A stretch of 64,000 nucleotides of DNA from an uncultured Gemmatimonadales bacterium (lineage in GTDB: Bacteria; Gemmatimonadota; Gemmatimonadetes; Gemmatimonadales; GWC2-71-9). The stretch is from positions 32,001-96,000 of the forward strand of contig CAWJIM010000021.1 of the NCBI GenBank assembly GCA_963842945.1, written 5' to 3'. A program made the position numbers and the translations under genes. The notes beneath the pieces are model-generated. The model worked only from the letters and a program-made list of their open reading frames with translations. It searched no databases and was not told the origin of the DNA. Positions 30,874 to 40,649 of this stretch are shown piece by piece. Positions within the stretch are counted from its first letter, which is position 1; each line of letters starts with the position of its first letter.

Positions 30874-32603
30874 CTCGGGATCTTGAGGGCCACGCCCGCC
30901 CGCAAGGTGGCGTGGTCGCTCATCCCATTCGCTCTCCTGAGGGCCTGGATCGAGACTCCGTAACGTCTCGACAGGCCCTCGAGAGTTTCCCCCCGCTGAA
31001 CCATATGGGTCCGCGACCGGGCATCCACTGCCCCGGAGGGCGCCGGAATTGGATTCGGGGCGTCGGGTGAGACCACCCGAAGCTTCTGCCCGATCCGGAT
31101 CCGGCCGCTCCCGTCGAGTTTATTCCAGGTGCGCAGCTCGCGCTGAGTCACTCCATACTCGTCCGCGATCTCTGAGATGGTCTCTCCCCGCCGCACCCGG
31201 TGGAACGTAGAGGTGCTGGTGCCGGCCGCGACCACGGCCTCTGCCATCCGGCGCGCCACCCGGGTCGAGGGGACGCCACCGGTGGGCACCACTACCCGTT
31301 GCCCAATTCGGACTCGCCGTGGATTGAGTTTGGGATTGGCCGCGAGCAGCATGGCCTGGTTTACATGATACCGCCGGGCGATGTGTCCCAGAGTCTCGCC
31401 CCGGGCCATGAAGTGCTCGATGAAGGTGACGCGCTGGCGCGGGGGCAACACCGCGTAAGCCGTCACCGTGCCCTCTCCGCGCCCAGCCGGCAGGCGCACG
31501 ACGGAACGGGTGCCCGGTGGGGTGGTGAGCCGGAGATACTGCGGATTGAGCTCCCGAACCGCGGCGACGGTGGTGTCGGCCAGACGGGCGATCACATCGA
31601 GCCCGGTCATGTCGGGAACCACGATCGAGTCATACGCCGCAGGTTCTGCCGGGGCGACGCGGAAGCCGTAGCGTCTGGGTTGCTTGGCGATGAGGGCGGC
31701 GGCAATCAGCTTGGGAACGTAGTCCTTGGTTTCCCGGCGGAGCAGCTTGGTATCATAGAGCCGGAAGAAGGTCGCGTCGGAGTTGACCGAGTCGCTCTCC
31801 TCATCGGGGAGCCGGATGATTCCGCGTGACACCTTGCCCGAGCCGGCATTGTACGCGGCGGCCGCGAGGTAGAGCGAGCCGAAGCGCCGGTTCAGATCGG
31901 CCAGATGCCGAACCGCCGCGTCGGTGGCCTTGTACGGATCGCGCCGCTCATCCACCCAGGAATCCACCCGCAGCCCGTAGCCCTTTGCGGTGCGCTTCAT
32001 GAACTGCCACATGCCGACCGCCTTGGCCCGGCTGGTGGCCGTGTTGGAGAAACCGCTTTCGATCAGCGCCAGATATACCAGGTCACCCGGCAACCCTTGA
32101 TGCTGCAGCCGCTCCCGAATCATCTCCTCGTACCGGGGCAAGCGGGTCAGCCAGATATTCATTCGCTCGCGGCCGCGGTCCTGAAAGAAATCGAGGTAGT
32201 ACTGCACCCGGTCGTGGCCGTTGTAGGTGGCGACATCGATATCCCAGGTCACCGCATCCGCCGCATTGGCTCCGCCGGGAACCGCCTCGGCCGCCTCGTC
32301 CCCGCCGGCATCGTTCGCCCCGTCCTCCGGGTGCGCATCCGCCAGCTCCTCGAGCACCGCTTCGTCGGCCGCGGAGTCTGCCGCCTGGCGTCGCTCATCG
32401 TTCAGATCGGCCACGAGCAGTGCGGTGTCACCCACCGATGTGTCGGGAATGCCGAGTGAATCCAGAACAGTGCTGAGGGAGGTTTCGCCCGGGGCGGTTC
32501 CTGTCAGAGGAGAACCTGTCGAGATGGGCGAGACGGAGCGAGGGCCTGAATGCCCGCTGCAGGCTGCTGCGATGCCGACGAGACCGATCCACCAATAGCG
32601 CAT
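30870..32603 (-). CDS. MltD-like lytic transglycosylase lipoprotein with LysM repeats
   Basis: Lipobox AAAC; LALIESG, AVGMWQFM, DERRDP, AAYNAG, ETKDYVPK; three C-terminal LysM domains. Confidence 0.9.
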   Translation of the reverse strand: MRYWWIGLVGIAAACSGHSGPRSVSPISTGSPLTGTAPGETSLSTVLDSLGIPDTSVGDTALLVADLNDERRQAADSAADEAVLEELADAHPEDGANDAGGDEAAEAVPGGANAADAVTWDIDVATYNGHDRVQYYLDFFQDRGRERMNIWLTRLPRYEEMIRERLQHQGLPGDLVYLALIESGFSNTATSRAKAVGMWQFMKRTAKGYGLRVDSWVDERRDPYKATDAAVRHLADLNRRFGSLYLAAAAYNAGSGKVSRGIIRLPDEESDSVNSDATFFRLYDTKLLRRETKDYVPKLIAAALIAKQPRRYGFRVAPAEPAAYDSIVVPDMTGLDVIARLADTTVAAVRELNPQYLRLTTPPGTRSVVRLPAGRGEGTVTAYAVLPPRQRVTFIEHFMARGETLGHIARRYHVNQAMLLAANPKLNPRRVRIGQRVVVPTGGVPSTRVARRMAEAVVAAGTSTSTFHRVRRGETISEIADEYGVTQRELRTWNKLDGSGRIRIGQKLRVVSPDAPNPIPAPSGAVDARSRTHMVQRGETLEGLSRRYGVSIQALRRANGMSDHATLRAGVALKIPS

Positions 32604-32743
32604 AGAAAGACTCCTGTGGCGCGTCATCGGGGCGACGAGGCGCTTTCGGCAAGATTTCGGGGTGGTTACATCGGGCCCACCCATGTGGCGACGTGCAAAC
32701 CGCAGGACCGAAGGCGAACTGAGGCGACGAGAAATGGGGGCTG

Positions 32744-33169
32744 CTAACGCATGAACAATCGATTTCCCAGGATCCGGTTGGTGGCATTCAGCACGGCAAG
32801 GGCAGCCCCGCGCGCCGTATCGGTGTCCGTGAGAAAGGAGCCCACCACCCGTTGGCCGCCCGCACCGGGCCCTTCTCCATGGACCGCCAGCGAAACGATC
32901 ACCACCGTAGAATCGAACGCCCGGACCGCCTTCACCCCCAACAGCTCGAAGCTGAGCCCCCCTTGGACCGCCTGTCCGAGGGCGATGACGCATGCCTGCG
33001 CCGAACAGCGCAGCTCGCCGGCCTGCGACGCGAGCCCTTCTCCTTCACCGGTAAACTGCTCGGAATCCTTCCACGTCAGCCCAACCCGGGCCCGGCATCG
33101 GCCGTTCGGCAACCGATCCAGAGTGAACTCCGCGAAACGAAGCCGTTCCGGGAGAGGGGTTGACGACAT
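32744..33169 (-). CDS. Hypothetical protein (LeuA allosteric-domain-like fold possible)
   Basis: ARGAALAVLNATNR C-terminus; alternating beta/alpha pattern. Confidence 0.65.
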   Translation of the reverse strand: MSSTPLPERLRFAEFTLDRLPNGRCRARVGLTWKDSEQFTGEGEGLASQAGELRCSAQACVIALGQAVQGGLSFELLGVKAVRAFDSTVVIVSLAVHGEGPGAGGQRVVGSFLTDTDTARGAALAVLNATNRILGNRLFMR

Positions 33170-33238
33170 TGCCGTCCTTGGGTCGGGCCCAAAATCAGGG
33201 TGAGACACACACGCCGGCAAGGCAAAGCCCATGCCATT

Positions 33239-33478
33239 TCAGGCTAAGCGGGCAGCGAGCAACTCTTCGAGATCTTTATTGGAAACGCGGTCCGCCCGCG
33301 CGAAGAGCGCGGCCTTGGACGAGGACGAGATGGGATACGCGGCCCAGACGGAGCGACGCCCGGGATCGCTGCTCCGAAAGGAGAAGACCAGATTCCACTG
33401 CGATGAGTTGGGCCCCCGCTCCGCGGCAAGGGACACATTCCACATCTGCCCGGCGTGCTCCAGCACTCGCCAGGCCAT
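33239..33478 (-). CDS. Small hypothetical protein
   Basis: ATG 4 nt after the ilvE stop; MAWRVLEHAGQMWNV... Confidence 0.6.
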   Translation of the reverse strand: MAWRVLEHAGQMWNVSLAAERGPNSSQWNLVFSFRSSDPGRRSVWAAYPISSSSKAALFARADRVSNKDLEELLAARLA

Positions 33479-33482
33479 CGGC

Positions 33483-34388
33483 TCAGCTCCGGGCCAGCGC
33501 CTGAAAGCGCGCGCGGAGATCGCGCGTGATGGGGCCGGCCTTGCCGGTTCCGATAATACGGCCATCCAGCTGACGGATCGCGACGATCTCGGTGGCGGTA
33601 CCGGTGAAGAATGCCTCGTCCGCGGTGTAGATGTCGTAGCGGTTGAGCATCGTCTCTTCGACCTTATAGCCCGCTTGCAGCGCCAGCTCCAGAACGGCGT
33701 CCCGGGTCACTCCTTTGAGCAGACCGGCAAATGGGGGCGGGGTGCGCAGCTCTCCCTTTTTCACCACAAAGATGTTTTGCCCGGACCCCTCGGCCACGGC
33801 ACCCGAGCTGTCCAGCATGATCACCTCGTCGGCGCCGGCGCTGATGCCTTCCATCTTGGCGAGAATGTGCGGCAGATAGTTGAGCGATTTGACCCGGGGA
33901 GACAATGACTCGCGCTGCGGAATGGGTGTGCCGGCAGTGATGACCGTGAGCCCGGCCTCGTAGATGTGCTCGGGCCAGAGCTTGATGGTATCGACGATGA
34001 TCATGACGGTGGGCTTGGGGCACTTGCGTGGATCGAGCCCCAGATCGCCCGGGCCGCGGGTTACCACATGGCGAATGTACGCCTCCGCAATCCCGGAGCG
34101 GCGAACCGCCTCTTCCGTTATGCTGGCCAGCTCGTCTTGGGACTGGGGAATAGTGAGCAGGATGGCCTTGGCCGAATCGTACAGCCGCTCCAGGTGGTCC
34201 CGCAGGCGGAAGATCTTGCCGCCGTACACCCGGATACCCTCGAAGACGCCGTCGCCGTACAGCAGGCCATGGTCGTAGACCGAGACCATCGCAGTGCTTC
34301 GGTCGCACCACTTGCCATCCAGCCAGATGACTGGTGTGCCGGTACTCTGGCTGGCGGTAGACACGGAAGGCTTGGCGCTGACGGTCAT
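33483..34388 (-). CDS. ilvE: Branched-chain amino acid aminotransferase
   Basis: DHGLLYGDGVFEG, KSLNY, EGSGQNIF, LKGVTR, ADEAFFTGTA. Confidence 0.93.
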   Translation of the reverse strand: MTVSAKPSVSTASQSTGTPVIWLDGKWCDRSTAMVSVYDHGLLYGDGVFEGIRVYGGKIFRLRDHLERLYDSAKAILLTIPQSQDELASITEEAVRRSGIAEAYIRHVVTRGPGDLGLDPRKCPKPTVMIIVDTIKLWPEHIYEAGLTVITAGTPIPQRESLSPRVKSLNYLPHILAKMEGISAGADEVIMLDSSGAVAEGSGQNIFVVKKGELRTPPPFAGLLKGVTRDAVLELALQAGYKVEETMLNRYDIYTADEAFFTGTATEIVAIRQLDGRIIGTGKAGPITRDLRARFQALARS

Positions 34389-34453
34389 GAGGGCAATGTA
34401 GAGGAACTGCGGGATTCTGAGCTATCGGGCGTTAGCTGGGACCTGGGAACGTC

Positions 34454-34481
34454 ACCGCTCACCGCTTACCGCTTACCGCTC
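34454..34481. repeat. Heptamer tandem repeat ACCGCT(T/C) x4
   Basis: Read directly, just downstream of the MFS gene stop. Confidence 0.8.
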
Positions 34482-36122
34482 CTAATGCGCGTCAGCCGCC
34501 ACCGCCCTTCCCCGCGGCTTGCGCAGCAGAATGATGGCCGGCGACACGGCGATGAACGTCATCAGAAGCAGCATCCAGGCGTCGTTGTAACTCAGCATCG
34601 AGGCCTGGCGCATGGTCTGCTGGTCCAGCAGCGCCAGGGCACCGCGCCGCGCCGCCTCCGGATTGTAGCCGTGACTCAGGAGATTCCCGGTCAGCATTTG
34701 CAGCCGCTCGTCTACCAACGGATTCCCCGGATACACGTTGGCCAGGAGATCGACCCGGTGCATCTGAACATGCACCGTGACGTAGTTGACCAGGATCGCT
34801 ATCCCGAAGGAGCCGCCCAGCTGGCGGGAGAGGTTGATCAATCCCGAGGCCTGTTGCGCCTCGCTCGGCTTGAGGCTGGCATAGGCCACGTTGTTGATCG
34901 GAGTGAACAGAAAGCCGAGTCCCAGGCCCCGCACGATCAGGGCCAGGCGCACGTCTGCTTCTCCGGCCGCGGTGGTGAGATGTCCCAGATCCCACATCGA
35001 GAGTACGAAGAGGACTACTCCGATACCGATGAGCACCCGGGGATCGACCAGCGGCCTCGCCCCATTGAGCATCAACCCGCACACCAGCGCGGTCACCGCC
35101 GTGGCTATACCGCCGGGCATCAGCGCCAGCCCGGTCTCCGTCGGAGTGAAGTGCAGTAGCGTCTGGGTGAACAGTGGGAAGATGAATATGCCACCGTAGA
35201 GCCCGAACCCGAGCGCCACGAACAGGAAGATGGACGCCGCCAGATCGCGGTTCTTCAGCACCCGGAAGTTGACGATGGGATTGGGATTCCTGGATGACAG
35301 TTCCCACCACAACATGGAGATCAGGCTGACCCCGGCCACCAGGGAAAAGCGGACGATCCAGATGTCGGAGAACCAGTCCTTGGAGTTTCCCTCCTCCAGC
35401 ACCCATTGCAGCGACCCGATGCCCGCGGTCAGCAAGCCGATTCCCCACCAGTCCACTCTGCCCCGGTGCCGCTCCTGCCCGGGCGGATCCCGGAGGAACT
35501 GGCTGACCAGGAACGCCGAGGCAATTCCGATCGGCACATTGATGAAGAAGCACCAGCTCCAGGAGTAGTTGTCGGTGATCCAGCCTCCCAGCGTCGGCCC
35601 CAGTGTGGGGGCGACGATGATGCCCAGCAGAAAGATCGCCTGCACCAGACCCTGCTGCTCCCGGGGAAAGATCTGCCGGATGGTCGCCTGAGCGGTGGAC
35701 AGCAGAGCGGCTCCGCCCGCGCCCTGCAGGATGCGCCAGATCACCAGCTCGGTCAGGGAGTTGGACGTCCCGCAGAAAAACGAGGCCACGATGAAGATGA
35801 TGATCGAGATCGTGAGATAACGCTGCCGCCCGATGCGCTCGGTGAAAAATGCCGTCATGGGCAGCACCACGACATTTGACAGGATGTAGCCCGTACTCAC
35901 CCAGCTGATCTCCTGCTGGGTGGCTCCCAGATTACCCGCCATCTGGGGCAGGGCCACGTTGATGATGGTGGTATCCAGCACCTCCATGATGGCCGCCGTG
36001 ATCAGGCCCAGCATGATCAGCCAGCGGTGCCGGCTGACGTAGGCCGCCGCCTCTTCGGCCGCGCTCAGTCGGCGGGGCGCTTCATGGGCGGGAGATGCAC
36101 CGGGAGCGGCGTTCGCGGTCAT
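34482..36122 (-). CDS. DHA2 (EmrB/QacA) MFS efflux permease
   Basis: LDTTIINVALP, WVSTGY, RILQGAGG, GPTLGGWITD, WCFFINVPIG. Confidence 0.95.
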   Translation of the reverse strand: MTANAAPGASPAHEAPRRLSAAEEAAAYVSRHRWLIMLGLITAAIMEVLDTTIINVALPQMAGNLGATQQEISWVSTGYILSNVVVLPMTAFFTERIGRQRYLTISIIIFIVASFFCGTSNSLTELVIWRILQGAGGAALLSTAQATIRQIFPREQQGLVQAIFLLGIIVAPTLGPTLGGWITDNYSWSWCFFINVPIGIASAFLVSQFLRDPPGQERHRGRVDWWGIGLLTAGIGSLQWVLEEGNSKDWFSDIWIVRFSLVAGVSLISMLWWELSSRNPNPIVNFRVLKNRDLAASIFLFVALGFGLYGGIFIFPLFTQTLLHFTPTETGLALMPGGIATAVTALVCGLMLNGARPLVDPRVLIGIGVVLFVLSMWDLGHLTTAAGEADVRLALIVRGLGLGFLFTPINNVAYASLKPSEAQQASGLINLSRQLGGSFGIAILVNYVTVHVQMHRVDLLANVYPGNPLVDERLQMLTGNLLSHGYNPEAARRGALALLDQQTMRQASMLSYNDAWMLLLMTFIAVSPAIILLRKPRGRAVAADAH

Positions 36123-36143
36123 GGGGAATCTGCAGCGGCGAGT

Positions 36144-36791
36144 TTACTGGGAAGCGGCGTCGGTGCCGATCAGCTCCAGCACGAGCCGGGCGGCGGACTC
36201 GAGCGAGACGGTCCCGGTGTTGATCTGACAGTCGTAGCTGCAGGGCTCATTCATATCGGTCTTATAGTAGCGCTGGAGATAGTGCTGCCGGTCCACATCC
36301 CGCCGGCGCACGTCGGCTGCCGCGCGCTGCGATGGGGCCCCGGTGCGCCGAGCCACGCGCTGAACTCGTACGTCAAAGGGGGCCACGACCCGAACTCGCA
36401 GCACATCGGGTCTGCGGCGAAACAGACAGTTGCCGCCGTGTCCCACGATGATGGCCGGGGGATTCTCCGCCGCTTCGAGCAGGATCTCGCGGGCCGCGGC
36501 GGCGATGCAGTCCGGGTCGGTGGTCCACGGGCTGGAGTGGACCCTCGATTCCGGCGCGGTCACCGTCGCCGCGGCCGCCAGCCGCTCCAGGAAGCTGGGC
36601 GCGTGCTCGTCCATGGCGACCACGTCGCCCTCGTCGCAGCTCAGCCGGGCCGCGAGACGGCGGACCAGCTCGTGATCGATCACCGGCCAGCCCAGCTTTT
36701 CCCCCAGCAGGACACCCAGCTCACTGCCGCCGGCGCCGTACTCGCGCGAGATGGTGAGCAATCGGATCGGCTGCCGCCGGGCATCCCTCAT
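36144..36791 (-). CDS. Cytidylate kinase-like family protein
   Basis: LTISREYGAGG, IIVGHGG, VRVVAP..R, D..R..Y...YY, YDCQINT. Confidence 0.85.
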   Translation of the reverse strand: MRDARRQPIRLLTISREYGAGGSELGVLLGEKLGWPVIDHELVRRLAARLSCDEGDVVAMDEHAPSFLERLAAAATVTAPESRVHSSPWTTDPDCIAAAAREILLEAAENPPAIIVGHGGNCLFRRRPDVLRVRVVAPFDVRVQRVARRTGAPSQRAAADVRRRDVDRQHYLQRYYKTDMNEPCSYDCQINTGTVSLESAARLVLELIGTDAASQ

Positions 36792-36832
36792 GGCCTCAAT
36801 ATGGATGCCGGGGAGAGCCACTGCCAATGCGA

Positions 36833-37283
36833 TTACTGGAGCGGCGCCGCCGCCGCTCGTCACGTTGACGGCCACTGGGTCGAAGGTCGTCTCGTCGGCG
36901 GCATCGTCGTGGCCGTAGCCGACCTGCACCGTGCCGCTGCCGGCGCTCGGTGCCGTCACATCGAACTGAAAGTGGTGATCTGCCAGACGAGTGGCGGTGC
37001 CCAGCGAGGTGGGGCTGAAGGTAAGGCCGGCAAAGTGCTCCGCCTCGACATTGTCGAGGTCTTCCCCCGCAGCGTTGAAGAACTTGATCTGCACCCGCGA
37101 CGTTTGGCCCGCCGTGAGAGCATATGGTGCAGTCTGGGGGACGTCGTCGACAATGAGATTGTAGGTCGCCGGGGTATGGTCTTCGGTGGTCGGCGCGGTC
37201 TCATCATCGCCGCAGGCCGCTGCCAGGAGCAGGGCACCTATCAGAGAGAGGCGGGACACCGGCAACAGAGCGGGATGAGACAT
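36833..37283 (-). CDS. His/Asp-rich lipoprotein (appears fused in-frame to the next gene)
   Basis: Lipobox AAAC; EHF, DHHF, GHDD; directly downstream of the TonB-dependent receptor. Confidence 0.7.
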
Positions 37284-37295
37284 CAGTCATTTCTC

Positions 37296-39392
37296 CTATT
37301 CGTGGTCGGCAAAACGGACCGCGGCCCGCAGGGTGCGAGGCGCTCCAGGGTTGATGAAGCCGGAGGATCGAATCTCCGGATACTTGGTGCTGAAGATGTT
37401 CTGCAGCTCCAGATCGAGCACGGCGCCGAGCGGAGTCAGGTGAAGTGAGGCTCCAGCATCCACCACCGCATAGGACTGGGTTTCCGTGCCCGGCTCGCCG
37501 ATCGGGGTATACGGGCCGGAAAATCGGAGGAGAGCCCGGGTGGAGACTCGAGGGCTCCACGCCGTCTCCACTCCTACTCGCCCCAACCACTGCGCCACAT
37601 TCGGCACCGGGTCTCCCGGCTCCAGCGGCTCGATGTGAAATGACGGACGGAGGGGCGTGCCATCCGCGCCTTCGAGGAGCTGCGGCACCACCAGCGGCGT
37701 GGGAGACGAGCCCGGATCGCCTTTGACATGGGCGTCATTCCAGGTCCCGTCGAGGGTAAGACTGACCTGCGGACTCAGCCGCACCTCGGCATCGAGGTTC
37801 ACTCCCTGCCGCAGGCTCTCTCCGGTGGGCAGCACCTCTCGGGTGACGGGATCCTGAATTCGTTCGTGCGACACATCCAGCCGGAACAGCGCGAGCTGGG
37901 CGGTGAGAGACCCACCATCGTAGCGCGCCCCCACCTCCTTGCTCCAGCCGCGAACCGGCTCCAGCGAAGGGTCGCCTATTACTCCGGGCGCGCCCCGGAA
38001 CCCCGCGCTCAACGATCCCAGCAGCGACCAACCGCCGGATACCAGATATCGCATGCCGAGCTTGGGGCTGACGATCACGTCGCCATCGTCCTGTTGCGGG
38101 CTCCCCGCGACCCGATCGAGACTCTGGTAGTGAACTCCGTCCGCCCGGGTGCCCAGGTCCAGAGACACATGAGAGCCAATCAGTGTCCGCCAGCGGACAA
38201 ATACACCACCTCCCACATACTCCGCGTCATAGCCCTTCTCCGGACTGAGCGTGGTCCGCTGGAAGGTGTTGTACAGATCGTACTTGGCGAAATCGGCTCG
38301 CCCGTCGAACCCGGCACTCACGTCTCCACCGCCCAGCGGGTGGCTCACCTGAAAGCGGGCACCCACCGCGTTCCGGCGGTCGAGCTCATCGCTTTGGTTC
38401 AGCAGGCCATCTTCGGGTATGGTGAGGAACACGTCGGAGTGGACGTGCTGGAGCCAGGCGGTGGCCTCGATGCCGGTGGTCCCGGCGACGGTGCTGAATC
38501 GGCCATGGGCAATCCCGCGGTACGCCGAGCCCCCGTCGGTTGGATCCATGGCGGAGGTCAGGTCGCCCGCGTTGTACTGATCCACCGAGAGGAATCCCGG
38601 TGAGTCCCAACTCGAGCCGTAGAGCGCAAGGCCGCCCTCGAGACGGCCGGAGCCCACTTGCCGCCACCCGCGAAGAAGACCGTTCCCCAGCCAGTAGGAT
38701 GAGTTGTCGCGCCAACCCTGTTGCCGCTGCCCATCTCCCGCAAACAGGTACCCGCCCTGATCTTTCCTGGCCCCGGTGCGCAGCCACCCGCTGGCGTCGC
38801 CATAGCTCGACGCGGCCAGACTGCCGGTGGTGCCCACCGCATCGGCCGCGGTAAAGACCTCTACCACACCGGCCATCGCGAAATCACCGTAGAGGGGGCT
38901 GGCGGGCCCGGTGATCACCCGGAGCGAGCTCACCCCAGCCGGTGAGAGAATGCTCCAGTCGGAATACCCTTCGACATGCCCGTGCACCGGCAGATTGATG
39001 GGCACTCCGTCGAGCACCAGCAGCACATCGGAGGAATGGTCCGAGGAGAACCCGCGGATCACTGCATCGGAGGCGAACCCCGGTCCCTGCCCCTGCTCGT
39101 GTACTTCGATTCCGCTGGTGCGGCGAAGCAGATCGTAGGGGTTGGTGGCGAGGGTACGGCGGAGCTCGGCCGCTGGCACCACCAGCGTCGTCACCGGTGG
39201 AGCGGCCGCGCGGGGACGCTCGGCGGTAACGGTTATGGTCTGGAGCTGCTTCACCTGGGTGGTGTCCGCCCCGGTGCTGTCCCGGCTCTGAGCCGAAGCA
39301 GAGCGGGTTGCCATAGTGAAGATCAGAATCAGCCCAGCGCGACTCGTCGCGGCGGTGACATTTCCGGTGCGGTACATCGCTGCACACCCCAT
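37296..39392 (-). CDS. TonB-dependent receptor
   Basis: TonB box TITVTA, plug IRGF...LDGVPIN, LYGDFAMAGVV, C-terminal QNIF...PGAPRTLRAAVRF. Confidence 0.93.
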   Translation of the reverse strand: MGCAAMYRTGNVTAATSRAGLILIFTMATRSASAQSRDSTGADTTQVKQLQTITVTAERPRAAAPPVTTLVVPAAELRRTLATNPYDLLRRTSGIEVHEQGQGPGFASDAVIRGFSSDHSSDVLLVLDGVPINLPVHGHVEGYSDWSILSPAGVSSLRVITGPASPLYGDFAMAGVVEVFTAADAVGTTGSLAASSYGDASGWLRTGARKDQGGYLFAGDGQRQQGWRDNSSYWLGNGLLRGWRQVGSGRLEGGLALYGSSWDSPGFLSVDQYNAGDLTSAMDPTDGGSAYRGIAHGRFSTVAGTTGIEATAWLQHVHSDVFLTIPEDGLLNQSDELDRRNAVGARFQVSHPLGGGDVSAGFDGRADFAKYDLYNTFQRTTLSPEKGYDAEYVGGGVFVRWRTLIGSHVSLDLGTRADGVHYQSLDRVAGSPQQDDGDVIVSPKLGMRYLVSGGWSLLGSLSAGFRGAPGVIGDPSLEPVRGWSKEVGARYDGGSLTAQLALFRLDVSHERIQDPVTREVLPTGESLRQGVNLDAEVRLSPQVSLTLDGTWNDAHVKGDPGSSPTPLVVPQLLEGADGTPLRPSFHIEPLEPGDPVPNVAQWLGRVGVETAWSPRVSTRALLRFSGPYTPIGEPGTETQSYAVVDAGASLHLTPLGAVLDLELQNIFSTKYPEIRSSGFINPGAPRTLRAAVRFADHE

Positions 39393-39480
39393 TGCCGTCC
39401 AGCATGGCCGAATGGGCCAGGCGTGAACGACCTCGTCTGGAACACTGATCCGGCCGGATCATTTCCGGCGCGGATGGTTA

Positions 39481-39846
39481 TCAGGCTGGGGAGTGAGGCG
39501 GGCCCTGCGCGAAGGGAAGCGTGTGCGACGGACGGAGAAGAACGAAGCCTGTGGCGGCCGGTCCGGAGCCCTGCTGCGCCGGAGTCAGGCGTCCGGAGGA
39601 ACCGGTATCACCCGGGACGCCGCTGAGCTGGATACAGCAGAGATGTACCGAACACTGGTTGGAGGCTGGGAGGCCACCGTTGGAATGCGAGTGCGTCCCC
39701 TGGACATCCTGCCCGTGTGCATGGTCGGTCGGGGGACCGGGGTGCCAGACACACCCCGGCATAGATCCCCATGTGATTGCGGCGTACGCGAAACACGCAG
39801 CAATCCAGGCACAGGTCAGTTTCCGGGCGCGCTCTGAAACAGTCAC
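39481..39846 (-). CDS. DUF2946/CruR-like His/Cys-rich small exported protein (putative regulatory uORF)
   Basis: N-terminal hydrophobic segment, HAHG..HSHS, CSVHLCC, C-terminal PFAQGPP; immediately upstream of the TBDR. Confidence 0.6.
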   Translation of the reverse strand: MTVSERARKLTCAWIAACFAYAAITWGSMPGCVWHPGPPTDHAHGQDVQGTHSHSNGGLPASNQCSVHLCCIQLSGVPGDTGSSGRLTPAQQGSGPAATGFVLLRPSHTLPFAQGPPHSPA

Positions 39847-39939
39847 GCGTGAGAATGTCACCCCGGCACAGGATCCAGGCAAGATCGATGGCCGGAGCCC
39901 AATTACCGGGACGGCATGACAGTGGAACTTCGGCCTTTT

Positions 39940-39954
39940 TTCATCTCCGCTTCA
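39940..39954 (+). promoter_or_regulatory. TTCA-N7-TTCA direct-repeat operator
   Basis: TTCATCTCCGCTTCA, identical to the copy at 56065-56079. Confidence 0.6.
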
Positions 39955-40014
39955 CGTCGGTCACGCCATCTTGGCTGCGGTCCTCTGATCTCAACCTCAG
40001 CCGAGGCAGACATC

Positions 40015-40251
40015 ATGAAGGTCACCGACACGACCACCGGTCAGCAGGTCAGCCCGGACGAAGCGTACGAGCGATTCTTTGACGGCTTCTTCAACCTGGG
40101 CCGGCCGGGTGACATCTTCGAGCGGAGCGTGGTGCTGAGTCGCCCAGCCGCCCGTCCAGCTGCGCTACGTCGCTCCACCCGCAGAATGAAGAGAGGTTCA
40201 CACAAATCCAACCGCGCCTTTCAAGCGGTGAGGCCTAAACTGGCGGTCTGA
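40015..40251 (+). CDS. Small hypothetical protein
   Basis: GAGG RBS before ATG; precedes the response regulator-kinase pair. Confidence 0.5.
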   Translation: MKVTDTTTGQQVSPDEAYERFFDGFFNLGRPGDIFERSVVLSRPAARPAALRRSTRRMKRGSHKSNRAFQAVRPKLAV

Positions 40252-40280
40252 GCAGCTGCCGACAGACGGAGTGGTAAACG

Positions 40281-40649
40281 ATGCGCATTCTCGTGGTTGA
40301 AGACGACGAAAAAGTCGGGGGCATGCTGGAACAGGGACTCCGGGAAGAGGAGTTCGAGGTGGGCCGGGGACGGGATGGGGAAGAGGCGCTCTCCATGGCC
40401 ATGAGTCATACCTACGACCTGATCCTACTCGACTACATGCTCCCCAAGAAGAGCGGGCCCGAAGTCGCCAGCGCGCTTCGTACTCAGGGCCGGCAGACTC
40501 CTATCCTCATGCTGACCGCGCGGGATGCGCCGGAAGACATCGAGCGATGCCTCACCTCCGGGGCCAACGGCTACGTTACCAAGCCATTCCGGTTCGCCGA
40601 TCTGCTGGAGCAGATCCAGCGGCTCGCTGAGCCGCCGGCCCTGGACTGA
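40281..40649 (+). CDS. Single-domain response regulator (OmpR/CusR-like receiver, no output domain)
   Basis: MRILVVEDD, ILLDYMLP, MLTARD, YVTKPF; stop overlaps the kinase ATG. Confidence 0.9.
   Translation: MRILVVEDDEKVGGMLEQGLREEEFEVGRGRDGEEALSMAMSHTYDLILLDYMLPKKSGPEVASALRTQGRQTPILMLTARDAPEDIERCLTSGANGYVTKPFRFADLLEQIQRLAEPPALD

Noticed and set aside
32604..32993. N-terminal extension of the MltD-like ORF
   Set aside because: It overlaps the upstream gene in another frame; the lipoprotein signal starts at ~32603.
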